Source: Alphaproteobacteria bacterium (GTDB lineage: Bacteria; Pseudomonadota; Alphaproteobacteria; SP197). Taken from it: a DNA stretch of 64,000 nucleotides. Position 1 is the first letter of the stretch; every line of letters starts with the position of its first letter. The stretch lies in NCBI GenBank assembly GCA_016869675.1, contig VGDP01000008.1, positions 5,147 to 69,146 on the forward strand, given 5' to 3'. Below are positions 20,464 through 29,633 of the stretch, piece after piece. Made by a program: the position numbers and the translations under genes. The notes under the pieces are model-generated. The model ran no database searches. It worked only from the letters and a program-made list of their open reading frames with translations, and was not told the origin of the DNA.

Positions 20464-21051
20464 ATGGCCGATGTAACCGAAGGCTCCAAGGAACGCGTCA
20501 CGATCAAGAAGTACGCCAACCGCCGCCTCTACAACACGGCGACGTCCAGCTACGTGACGCTCGACCATCTGTGCCGCATGGTCAAGGAGGGCACGGACTT
20601 CGTTGTCTACGACGCCAAGACCGGCGAGGACATCACCCACGCCGTGCTGACCCAGATCATCGTCGAGGAGGAGACCAAGGGCCCGAGCCTGCTGCCCATC
20701 GGCTTCCTGCGCCAATTGATCGGGTTCTACGGCGACAACCTGCAAAGTTTCGTGCCGCGCTACCTCGAGATGAGCATGGCGGCGTTTACGCGCAACCAGG
20801 AGGACTTCCGCAAGGTGCTCCAGGAGGCATTCGGCGGCTTCTATCCGTTCGGTCAGTTCGAGACCATGGCCAAGGACAACGCCGCCATGTTCCGCAACGC
20901 GCTCGGCATGTTCTACCCGTTCGCGCGGCAGGCCGCGGGCGCCGCGGATCACGAACCCGGCAAGGAAGGCGGCGAGGTCGGCGCGCTGCGCGCCCAGTTC
21001 GACGCGTTGCAGAAGCAGATCGACGCGCTGGCCAAGAAATCCGAACGCTGA
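20464..21051 (+). CDS. phaR: Polyhydroxyalkanoate synthesis repressor PhaR
   Basis: IKKYANRRLYNTATSSYVTLDHLCRMVKEG is the conserved PhaR N-terminal DNA-binding region. GAGGGAGG RBS 8 nt upstream of the ATG at 20464. Divergent from the PhaC-like-phaA-phaB operon. Confidence 0.85.
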   Translation: MADVTEGSKERVTIKKYANRRLYNTATSSYVTLDHLCRMVKEGTDFVVYDAKTGEDITHAVLTQIIVEEETKGPSLLPIGFLRQLIGFYGDNLQSFVPRYLEMSMAAFTRNQEDFRKVLQEAFGGFYPFGQFETMAKDNAAMFRNALGMFYPFARQAAGAADHEPGKEGGEVGALRAQFDALQKQIDALAKKSER

Positions 21052-21058
21052 GTCCGCA

Positions 21059-22378
21059 TCACAACGCCGCGAGCGCCGCCGCCGCGGCCGCCTGGCCGGC
21101 TCGCACCGCCCCGTCCATCTGGCTTAGAAAACGCGTCGCCGCCTCGGCGCCCGCCAAGTGGAGACGACCGCACGCGGCGCGCATCCCGACGCCATACGTC
21201 GTCCAGGTGCCCGTCGCCGCGGTCGACACGCAGCCACGGCTGTAGGGCTCATGCGCCCAGTAGCAGTCGGCGATGCCGAGCGGCCGTCGCGCCGGGGCAC
21301 CCAAGGCGGCGGCAAGTCGGTCGAGCATGATGGCGTGACGCTCGGCCACGGGCATGGCACCCAGCCGCACGGACTCGTCTTAGTCGATCAGGGCCGCGAT
21401 GCGTCCGGTCCCCTGGCCGATCGAACTGTCGAAGGCCTTGAACGCGGGTGTCACCAGCAGGTCGAACGGGGCGCGGTCGCACCAGAAGGGGCGCTCGTAC
21501 ACCACCTCGACCTTGATCTTGCTGCGGATCGGGAAGCGCTGCGTCAGGTAGTCGCGCTCGACCGGCAAGGGCGGGTCGTAGGCGATGCGCCCCGCCAGCG
21601 CCGGCGGCAGGGCGACGATGACTTGGCGGGCTTCGACTGTGGACGTGCGCGTCCACAGCCCCGCGCCGGATCCGTCCTGCGCAAAGCCGTGGACCGGGGC
21701 GTTCAGGCGCACCGCGTCGCCCAGTGCATCGGCCGCACGCATGGCCACGCCTTGGGAGCCGCCGACGAACAGCTCGTTGTCGTGCGGCTCCTGGCCGAGC
21801 CCGAGCATGGCCGCGAAGCCGCCGTTGGCGTGCGCGTAGAACAGCGCGTGCAGCAGCGACACCTCGGCCGGTCGGCCCATGAACCCCTCGACCACGGCGC
21901 TGACGAGCCGCTTCGCTCCATCGTGCAGGTCGGCGTCCGAGAGCCAGGACGCGACCGTCTCGCGGTCCCAGGCGCGTGCCTGGGGTGCGGTCCACGGCGC
22001 CTCGGCGGGGACCGTCGCGGCCATGGCGTCGACGGCGGCGATGCCCTCGGCGGCGGGCCCGGTGCGGGGCAGGGCGGGAACCGGCTCGGCGGGGCCCAGG
22101 TCGCGGTCGGCCGACAGGTCCTGGCCCGCGTCGGGCTTGGTGACGACGGCGATGCCCAGCTCGGCCGCCAGGGTCTTGATGGCGTCCTGGCCGGGGCCGG
22201 TCCATTCGGCGCCCAGATCCACGGCCTCGCCGCCGAGGATGGGGCTCCAGGTTCGGCCGCCCACGCGGTCGCGCGCTTCGAGCACGACGACACTGCGGCC
22301 GGCCCGAGCCACCGCGCGCGCCGCCGCCAAGCCCGACAAGCCCGCCCCGACGACGGCCACATCGACACGCTGACTCAT
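21059..22378 (-). pseudogene. Flavin-containing amine oxidase gene interrupted by an in-frame TAA (nonsense) at 21380-21382
   Basis: The N-terminal part, from MSQRVDVAVVGAGLSGLAAARAVARAGRSVVVLEARDRVGGR, is an FAD amine-oxidase. The ORF immediately downstream (21059-21370) is in the same frame. It encodes the amine-oxidase C-terminus (LHLAGAEAATRFLSQMDGAVRAGQAAAAAAL). The two are separated only by TAA. Combined length is about 440 aa, a normal MAO-family size. Confidence 0.6.
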
Positions 22379-22426
22379 GGGACAACCCGGGCTACAAGGA
22401 TGCGTATACAAGACCGAGGGTACGAA

Positions 22427-23547
22427 ATGGCCGATCGTCTTGCATCCGTGATGAGCGAAGCCGAGCGTCGGGCGGTCCGCGCGCCGCTTGCCAACGCGCT
22501 GACCTTGCCCGCCCAGGCGTTCACATCGCCCGACCTCTTCGCGCTAGAGGTCGAGCGCATCTTCCGCCGGCGTTGGACCGCCGTGATGTTCGCCGCCGCG
22601 CTACCCGGTTCCGGCGACGCGCGCCCATTCGAACTCTTCGGCATGCCGCTGTTCGCGGTGCGCGGGGCTGACGGCCGGCTCCGCGTCTTTCACAACATCT
22701 GCCCCTACGACGGCTGCTCGCCGCGCCCTACTGGGATGGCACGCCCGAAGGCCGGCCCGAAGGTCTGGGCGGACGTTCCGTGGATTTGGTCAAAGTGCCG
22801 AGCGCCGAACGGCTCGGCGTCATGTTCGTCGATCTGGACGGCGCGGCGGGTTCCATCGATTCCTGGCTCGCCCCGCTGCGCGCGCTGATCGGCCAGGACT
22901 TCGCAATCGATGCCGTCGTCGCGGCGCGTGATGCTGACGGCACCGCCCTGATCGAGGAACGCACGGTCCGCGCCAACTGGAAGACGTACCAGGAGAACGC
23001 GTCGATCAACGTTCTCCACGAATCGTTCACCCACGAGCTCTACCACAAGTCACCGGAGGTGCCGCGCATCGCGAGCGGCAAGCCCAAGTTCACCAACCAT
23101 CTCGATGGCTCACTCGTCGCCTTCAGCTATGCCGACGAGGACACGGCCAACACCTACGAACGCCTGCCGCTGCCTCACGCCGGACTTGCGCCCGACCGGC
23201 CGCCCCGACGTGGCTACTTCGCCACGCTCTACCCCAACATCAACGTTCCCACCCATAGCGTGTTCGTGAAAGTCAACCTGTGCGTGCCCATGGCGCCGGC
23301 CGAAAGCCGCCTGCATCACCTGTTCTTCTTCCGGCCCGAGGCAGTCACGCGGCCCGACTTCAACGCGATCGAGCGCCATCTGCGCGAATCGTTCCATCAG
23401 GTCTACGGCGAGGACAAGGTGGCCATCGAAGCGGTGCAGAAGGCACGCGCCTCGCCGGTCGCGCGCCAGCACTTCTACGCGCCCTTGTGGGATGCCCAGC
23501 ATCATCGCTTCAACCAACTCGTGCTGGACGACCTGGAGCGACCCTGA
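22427..23547 (+). pseudogene. Rieske-type ring-hydroxylating oxygenase alpha subunit (GbcA/stachydrine-demethylase-like), disrupted: Rieske ligands missing and frameshifted
   Basis: The N-part (frame A) runs up to ...RVFHNICPYDGC. It lacks the CxH...CxxH motif; the His ligands are absent, consistent with a deletion of about 50 aa. The C-terminal catalytic domain (22780-23547) is in a different frame. Together they total about 365 aa, against about 420 aa for intact homologues. Confidence 0.5.
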
Positions 23548-23559
23548 GGCGCACCGCCG

Positions 23560-24726
23560 CTACGCCGTGTCGCCCGCCTTGCGGTAGGGCGAGTGGTGCT
23601 CGGTCAACAAGCGGATCTCGCGGTCCACATGGGCGGCCTCGCGGCGCACGAAGTCCTCGACCGCGTGGCGCAGGCCAGCGTGGGCGATCCAATGCCCGCT
23701 CCAGGTGGGTCGGGGCAGGTAGCCGCGCGCGAGCTTGTGTTCGCCCTGGGCGCCCGCCTCGACGCGCTTCAGCTTGTGGGCGATGGCGAACTCGATCGCC
23801 TGATAGTAGCACGCCTCGAAGTGCAGGAACCGGTGGTCCTCCAGACAACCCCAGTTCCGGCCGTAGAGCACGTCCGCCCCGATCAGGTTGAGCGCGCCGG
23901 CCACAGGGACCTCGTCGCGGAACGCCATGACCAGGGCGATCCGGTCGGCCATGGTCGCGCCGATCGCTTCGAAGAAGGGACGCGTCAGGTAGGGGCGCCC
24001 CCACTTGCGTCCGCCCGTGTCCATGTAGAACGCGAAGAACGCGTCCCAGTGCGCCGGCTTGATGTCCGCTCCGGTCAGCACCGCCAGGCGCACGCCGGCT
24101 TCGGCCACGGCGCGCCGCTCGCGCCGGATCGCCTTGCGCTTGGGTGATTTCAGCGCACCCAGGAAATCGTCGAACGTGGCGTAGCCCGCGTTGTCCCAGT
24201 GGAACTGGTAGCCCTCGCGCAGCAGCAGGCCGGCCCCGGCCATGGCGGCGCGGTCCGCCTCCTCGGCGAAGGTGATGTGCAGCGACGAGACGCCTGATTC
24301 CCGGGCGATGCGGACCATCGCGTCGAGCAGCGCGCGGCGTAACCCCACGTCGCTGTCGCGCACCAGCAGGCGTGGACCCGGCACCGGCGTGAATGGCACC
24401 GCGACCTGGAGTTTGGGGTAGTAGTCGCCGCCGGCACGCTCGAAGGCGTCCGCCCAACCGTGGTCGAACACATACTCGCCCTGGGAATGGGACTTGGCGT
24501 ACATGGGCCCCACGGCGACGACGCGCGGGCCGTCCTCGACCACCACGTGGCGCGGTGCCCAGCCGGCACGCGAGGAGACGCTGCGCGACCCCTCGAGCGC
24601 CGAAAGGAACGCGTGGCAAAGGAACGGGTTGGCCGCGCCGGCGCAGGCATCCCAGTCGTCGGCCGAGATGTCACCGATCGCTCCGACGACGCGGGCGTCG
24701 AGGATCCTGGCTTCGCGGTCACCCAT
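23560..24726 (-). CDS. FemAB-like / BioF2-like GNAT-fold N-acetyltransferase (DUF482 family)
   Basis: HFEACYYQAIEFAI and GAQGEHKLARGYLP motifs as I recall them for this family. 389 aa from MGDREARI. Downstream of the ThDP enzyme on the same strand. Confidence 0.6.
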   Translation of the reverse strand: MGDREARILDARVVGAIGDISADDWDACAGAANPFLCHAFLSALEGSRSVSSRAGWAPRHVVVEDGPRVVAVGPMYAKSHSQGEYVFDHGWADAFERAGGDYYPKLQVAVPFTPVPGPRLLVRDSDVGLRRALLDAMVRIARESGVSSLHITFAEEADRAAMAGAGLLLREGYQFHWDNAGYATFDDFLGALKSPKRKAIRRERRAVAEAGVRLAVLTGADIKPAHWDAFFAFYMDTGGRKWGRPYLTRPFFEAIGATMADRIALVMAFRDEVPVAGALNLIGADVLYGRNWGCLEDHRFLHFEACYYQAIEFAIAHKLKRVEAGAQGEHKLARGYLPRPTWSGHWIAHAGLRHAVEDFVRREAAHVDREIRLLTEHHSPYRKAGDTA

Positions 24727-24760
24727 CACGCACCCCCGGTCCGCGTCGAGGCGGGGCCGA

Positions 24761-26398
24761 TCAAACGTCGAGCGCGCCCATGGCCGAGATGTCACGTACG
24801 TCGAGCATCAGGTGGATCACCGAAACGCCGTCGTGGGCGCGTGCCTCGGCCAGAGCGGGCGCGAACGCTTCGGTGCTCTCGACGCGCCACGCCTTGGCGC
24901 CGTAAGCGCGCGCCAGGCCCGCGAAATCCGGGCTGCGCAGCGCGACGCCGTGGTACTGGCCCTTGCCGGCGTAGCGGTGCTGGTGCGCCATGATCGTACC
25001 ATAGGCGCCGTTGTCGCCGACGATGACCGTCAGCTTCAGGCCTTCCTGCACCGCGGTCGCCAGCTCCTGGCCCGACATGCCGAAGCCGCCGTCGCCTACG
25101 AAGGCGGTGACGTCGGCCGTGGGGCGCGCCAGCTTGGCGCCGATCGCCGCCGGCACCGCGTAGCCCATGGAACCGATCATGGGCGCCGCCTGGGACGCCG
25201 GGTGGTCGAACGGCACGTAGCGATGGACCCAGCCCGTGAAGTTGCCCGCGTCGTTGGTTACGACACGGTCCGCCGCGAGCCCGTCGACGAACCGGCCCAT
25301 GACGGCGGGCATCGCCACCTTTCCCACAGTATGCGCCGGCGCGGCCCGGAAGTCCAGAAATTCCCGGCGCAGACCGGCGCGCCACGCCCGCCGCTCGGCC
25401 GCCGGCGGCTTGGCCAGGGCGGCGGTCAAGGCGCGCAAGCTGGGTCCGACGTCGGCCGCAATCGCCACCTCGGCCATGCGGCCGCGCGCGTGCACGTCCG
25501 GGTCGGGGTGGATCGCGATCATGGTCTGGTCGGCGCGCGGCAGCTTGTAGTCCTCGCTGGTGATAGCATCCAGGCGATTGCCCGCCACGACCAGCAGGTC
25601 GCAGCAGTCCCACAGGGCCCTCTGGTAGGGCGGCCGGCCGATGCCGAAGTGCCCCAGATAGGCCTCGTGGTCGTTGGGGAACGCGTCCTGGCAGCGGAAG
25701 GCGGAGACGACGCCCGCGCCGCCCGCCTCGGCGAAGGCGACCAGATCCGCGCCGGCGTTCTCGAAGCCGACCAGCTCGCCGGCCAGCACCAGCGGATGCC
25801 GGGCCGCCGCGATCAGCCGCGACGCCGCGGCGATGCGCTCGACGGTGGGCGCCGCCGTCGGGCGCGGGCGGGGCGCGGGGATCGCCGCGTCGCCGGCCTC
25901 GCCCTCGGTCACGTCCTCGGGCAGCGACACCACCACGGGGCCGGGGCGCCCGGCCATCGCGATCTGCAGCGCGCGCGCCGTAACCGCCGCCACCTGGTCG
26001 GCCGAGCTCGGCTCGAACACCGCCTTGGCCATGGTACCGAACATGGCGCGGTAGTCGATCTCCTGGAACGACTCGCGGTCGCGCTCGGCGGTCGGCACCT
26101 GGCCGACGAACAGCACCAGCGGCACCGAATCCTGCATGGAGCAGTGGACGCCGATCGAGGCGTTGGTGGCGCCGGGCCCGCGCGTGACCAGGGCGATGCC
26201 CGGCTTGCGCGCGATGCGGCTGTAGCCGCAGGCGGCGTAGGTGGCGCCCGATTCGTGGCGGGTCACCACCAGGCGGATGCGGTTAGCGTTCTGGCGCAAC
26301 GCCTCCAGCACCGCCAGATAGCTTTCGCCGGGCACGCAGAACGCCGTGTCGACCCCGTGGGCGACGAGGGTCGCGACCAGCGCGTCGCCGCCGTTCAC
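24761..26398 (-). CDS. Thiamine-diphosphate-dependent enzyme (acetolactate-synthase-like / benzoylformate-decarboxylase-like), about 545 aa
   Basis: TPP_enzyme N-, central and C-terminal domains; ThDP-binding motif GDGGFGMSGQELATAVQEGLKLTVIVGDNGAYG. Real start is GTG at ~26398 (VNGGDALVATLVAHGVDTAFCVPGE). The upstream 130 aa of the track ORF is low-complexity artefact. Confidence 0.75.
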   Translation of the reverse strand: MNGGDALVATLVAHGVDTAFCVPGESYLAVLEALRQNANRIRLVVTRHESGATYAACGYSRIARKPGIALVTRGPGATNASIGVHCSMQDSVPLVLFVGQVPTAERDRESFQEIDYRAMFGTMAKAVFEPSSADQVAAVTARALQIAMAGRPGPVVVSLPEDVTEGEAGDAAIPAPRPRPTAAPTVERIAAASRLIAAARHPLVLAGELVGFENAGADLVAFAEAGGAGVVSAFRCQDAFPNDHEAYLGHFGIGRPPYQRALWDCCDLLVVAGNRLDAITSEDYKLPRADQTMIAIHPDPDVHARGRMAEVAIAADVGPSLRALTAALAKPPAAERRAWRAGLRREFLDFRAAPAHTVGKVAMPAVMGRFVDGLAADRVVTNDAGNFTGWVHRYVPFDHPASQAAPMIGSMGYAVPAAIGAKLARPTADVTAFVGDGGFGMSGQELATAVQEGLKLTVIVGDNGAYGTIMAHQHRYAGKGQYHGVALRSPDFAGLARAYGAKAWRVESTEAFAPALAEARAHDGVSVIHLMLDVRDISAMGALDV

Positions 26399-26406
26399 GG
26401 GCGGCC

Positions 26407-26871
26407 TCAATCGATCTGGAAGATGGCGTCGACCTCGACGGCGACGCCCAGCGGCAGGCTGCTCGAGCCCACGGCCGCGCGGGCGTGCCGGCCCTTGTCG
26501 CCGAACACCTCGACCATCAGGTCCGAGGCGCCGTTGACGACCTTCGGATGGTCCTTGAAATCGGCGCCGGCGTTGACGAACCCGGTCAGCTTGACGCAGC
26601 GCGCCACAAGGTCCAGGTCGCCCAGCGCGGCCTTGACCTGGGCCAGGATGTTGATCGCGCACAGCCGCGCTGCCTTGGCGCCGTCCTCGACGGTGAAGTC
26701 GCGGCCGACCTGGCCGACGAACTGCGGCTTGCCGTCGGCCAGGGTCACCTGGCCGGCGATGAACAGCAGGTTGCCGCTGATGACCCAAGGCACGTAGTTC
26801 GCCACGGCCGCCGCCGGCGCGGGCAGGGTGATGCCGAGTTCGGCGAGACGGGCTTCGACCTTGCCGGCCAT
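26407..26871 (-). CDS. RidA/YjgF-family reactive-intermediate deaminase
   Basis: 154 aa, typical RidA length and pattern. It is the first gene of the minus-strand operon. Confidence 0.8.
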   Translation of the reverse strand: MAGKVEARLAELGITLPAPAAAVANYVPWVISGNLLFIAGQVTLADGKPQFVGQVGRDFTVEDGAKAARLCAINILAQVKAALGDLDLVARCVKLTGFVNAGADFKDHPKVVNGASDLMVEVFGDKGRHARAAVGSSSLPLGVAVEVDAIFQID

Positions 26872-27002
26872 TGCCGACCTCCGAGGGCTGCGATTGCCCG
26901 CAGGTGTCTAAGGACTTTGCCGGGGTGAGTCAAACCACCCCGGCCTTGACCCACATGGGGACGACCTGCAAGCTTGATGCGGGAGAAGGGGCGGCCAGTA
27001 CC

Positions 27003-28064
27003 ATGACCGATCATCGAACCCCGGGCCAGGATAGCCTGGAGATGACGCCGGCCTGGGCCGCGCACGACCGCTGCTTCATGGCGTGGCCGTGCCGCCCCGA
27101 AAGCTGGGGCGGCGAGGAGGCCATGGCGTACGCCCGCGACGCCATTGCCGCCGCCGCACGTGCCATCGCCCGGTTCGAGCCCGTGACCATGCTGGCGGAC
27201 CGGCCCCTGGTGGCCGGGGCGTCGCTTGCGTGCGGCACCGGCGTCGCCGTCATGCCGATGCCCATGGACGATTCCTTCGTGCGCGACATCGGCCCGACAT
27301 TCGTCATGGGCAAGGCCGGCGTGGCCGGGGTCGCGTGGGATTACGACGGCTACGGCGAGGCGGGCGCCGAGGGGGCGGACGACGATCGTGCGTTCGCCGG
27401 CCGTCTGCTCGACGAACTGGGGATGCGCCGCTACGCCGGTCCCATGGTCCTCGAGGGCGGCGCCATCCTGGTCGACGGCGAAGGCACGCTGATCACGACC
27501 GAATCGGTGCTGCTGGACGAGCGACGCAACGGCGGGCGCGACCGCAAGGACGTGGAAGCCGTCTTGGTCGAACAACTCGGCGTCCATCGCGTCGTCTGGC
27601 TGGCCGGCGGGCTCGAGAACGACAGCACGCGCGGCCACGTCTCGCTCGTGGCGGCGATCGCGGCGCCGGGCGTGGTGTTGGCGCTCGCCACCACCGACCA
27701 CAACGACGTCAACTACCCGATGCTCAACGAGAACATCGAACGCCTGCGCAAGGCGACGGACGCGCGCGGCCGGGTGTTCGACATCGTGCCCGTGCAGCAG
27801 CCGTCGCCCCATCGCCATGACGGCCGGCGCCTGCCGCTCAGCTACGTCAACCTTCATGTCGCCAACGGCGCGGTGATCCTGCCCACCTTCGACGACCCGC
27901 TGGACGAACAGGCGTCCCAGGTGGTCATGGCGGCGTTCGGAGAGCGCAAGGTCGTGCGCCTGCCCGCGCTCGATCTGTTCGCCTCGGGCGTCGGGCTCAC
28001 CGCCGTGACCCTGCCGCTCCCGACGGGTGCTATCCTGCCACCGGTGCCGACCTCGGAGACCTAG
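27003..28064 (+). CDS. Agmatine deiminase family protein (PAD_porph; guanidino-group-modifying enzyme superfamily)
   Basis: About 353 aa from MTDHRTPGQD. Conserved blocks of agmatine/porphyromonas-type deiminases (WLAGGLENDSTRGHV, HVANGAVILPTFDD). Substrate unknown. Confidence 0.7.
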   Translation: MTDHRTPGQDSLEMTPAWAAHDRCFMAWPCRPESWGGEEAMAYARDAIAAAARAIARFEPVTMLADRPLVAGASLACGTGVAVMPMPMDDSFVRDIGPTFVMGKAGVAGVAWDYDGYGEAGAEGADDDRAFAGRLLDELGMRRYAGPMVLEGGAILVDGEGTLITTESVLLDERRNGGRDRKDVEAVLVEQLGVHRVVWLAGGLENDSTRGHVSLVAAIAAPGVVLALATTDHNDVNYPMLNENIERLRKATDARGRVFDIVPVQQPSPHRHDGRRLPLSYVNLHVANGAVILPTFDDPLDEQASQVVMAAFGERKVVRLPALDLFASGVGLTAVTLPLPTGAILPPVPTSET

Positions 28065-28067
28065 GCC

Positions 28068-28844
28068 ATGGCCACGACCCTGCCCCGCGCGCGCTCGATC
28101 GCCACGGCTGCTCGCTTCGACGACGGCACCGGCACCCGGGCCCGCATCGGGCTGATCGCCCTGGCCGGCGACGCGACGGTCGAGCAGGACTTCCGCAGCC
28201 TGGGGCTGGGCGCCGACATCGGCCTCTATGTCAGCCGCGTGCCGTCGCTCGCGGTTACGGTCGAGAACCTGTTGATGACCGCCAAGGGCCTGGGCGGGGC
28301 GACGGCGCTGCTGTTGCCGGACCAGAGGCTCGACGTGGTCGCCTACGCCTGCACGTCGGGCGCCGTCATCGCCGGCGACGACAACGTGGCCACGGCGATC
28401 CGCGCGGTGCGACCCGGCATCCCAGTGACCACGCCGATCGGCGCGGCGCTGGTCGGCCTGGCGCGCCTGGGTGCCCGCCGCGTGGCGATGCTCACGCCCT
28501 ACGTCGAGGAGATCAACGCACCCGTGGTGCGCCACATGGCGGCCAAGGGCGTCGACGTGGTCGACATCGCGACGTTCGACCTGCTGGCCGAGGACGACAT
28601 GGCCCGCGTGACCCAGGACGCCATCGTCGAGGCGGTCGCCGGGTTGGACCACGCGCGGGCCGACGCGGTGTTCGTCAGCTGCACGGCGCTGCGCGCCATG
28701 GGCGCGATCGAGCGGCTCGAGGCTCGGCTCGGCAAGCCCGTGCTGTCGAGCAACCTCGCACTCTATTGGCACGCCCTGCGGCTGGCCGGCATCGACCTGG
28801 CGATCCCCGGCTTCGGCCGGCTGATGCGCACCGGCCTCGCGTGA
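28068..28844 (+). CDS. Maleate cis-trans isomerase / arylmalonate decarboxylase-family protein (Asp/Glu/hydantoin racemase superfamily)
   Basis: 258 aa. Two catalytic-Cys contexts: YACTSG and VSCTALR. IGLIALAGDATVEQDF N-terminal block. Confidence 0.7.
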   Translation: MATTLPRARSIATAARFDDGTGTRARIGLIALAGDATVEQDFRSLGLGADIGLYVSRVPSLAVTVENLLMTAKGLGGATALLLPDQRLDVVAYACTSGAVIAGDDNVATAIRAVRPGIPVTTPIGAALVGLARLGARRVAMLTPYVEEINAPVVRHMAAKGVDVVDIATFDLLAEDDMARVTQDAIVEAVAGLDHARADAVFVSCTALRAMGAIERLEARLGKPVLSSNLALYWHALRLAGIDLAIPGFGRLMRTGLA

Positions 28845-29629
28845 GGCGCGCGCTCGGCGGCGCGTTCCTGGCCGCCTGGCTCGCCGGTCTCGCGCCGGCG
28901 GCGGCCGACGGCCTCTTGGCCCACCGGGCGGAGTTCACCCTCGCCTTGGCCAGCCCGCGCGGCGAGGGCGGCATCACCGATGTCAGCGGCCGCATGTCGA
29001 TCGAACTCGCCGATGTGTGCGACGGCTGGACCGTGGACCAGCGGCTCGTGCTTGACATTGCCTTCGAAGGCGAGGCGGGCTTCCGCTCGATCTCGTCCTT
29101 CGTCAGCTGGGAGTCCAAGGACGGCACCCGGTTCCGCTTCGAGGACCGCACCTGGCACGACGCCGGCCTGATCGAGGAGGTCAGCGGAAACGCTTCGCTC
29201 GAGGCGCCCGACGGCCCGGGCCGCGTGGTGCTGAGCGCCCCCGAGGCGGCCACGCTGGACCTTCCGCCCGGTACGCTGTTCCCGACCCGGCACACCGCAG
29301 TGCTGATCGAGCACGCGTCCACCGGCCAGACCTACCTGCTGCGTCCGCTGTTCGACGGCACCTCGGCTGAGGGCCCCGTCGATGTCGGTGTCGCCATCGG
29401 CAAGGCGCGCGACGTGCCGGCCGAACTCGGGGCGGGCGCCGGACGCGCCCGGCCGATGCGGCTCGCCTTCTTCTCGGGCGGCGAGGAACCGGACCTGCCC
29501 GCCTTCGAGGTCGCCGTCCTGATGCAGGACAACGGCGTGGCGCGCGCGATGACGCTGGATTATGGCGATTACGCCGTGCGCGCGACCCTGGTGCGCGTCG
29601 AACCGCTGCCCAAGCTGGACTGCCAATAG
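28841..29629 (+). CDS. Periplasmic protein, DUF1849/EipB-like (tentative)
   Basis: GTG start overlapping the upstream stop (GTGA). Signal peptide RRALGGAFLAAWLAGLAPAAADG. About 260 aa, alphaproteobacterial-type. The family assignment is from memory only. Confidence 0.4.
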   Translation: MRRALGGAFLAAWLAGLAPAAADGLLAHRAEFTLALASPRGEGGITDVSGRMSIELADVCDGWTVDQRLVLDIAFEGEAGFRSISSFVSWESKDGTRFRFEDRTWHDAGLIEEVSGNASLEAPDGPGRVVLSAPEAATLDLPPGTLFPTRHTAVLIEHASTGQTYLLRPLFDGTSAEGPVDVGVAIGKARDVPAELGAGAGRARPMRLAFFSGGEEPDLPAFEVAVLMQDNGVARAMTLDYGDYAVRATLVRVEPLPKLDCQ

Positions 29630-29633
29630 CGAT

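Noticed and set aside
21380-21382. TAA in the amine oxidase as possible recoding (selenocysteine or readthrough)
   Set aside because: Selenocysteine uses TGA, not TAA, and there is no SECIS-like structure. A nonsense mutation or base-call error is far more likely.
26745-28772. 675-aa minus-strand ORF
   Set aside because: Antisense to the agmatine-deiminase-family and racemase-family genes. His/Arg/Gly-rich nonsense translation.
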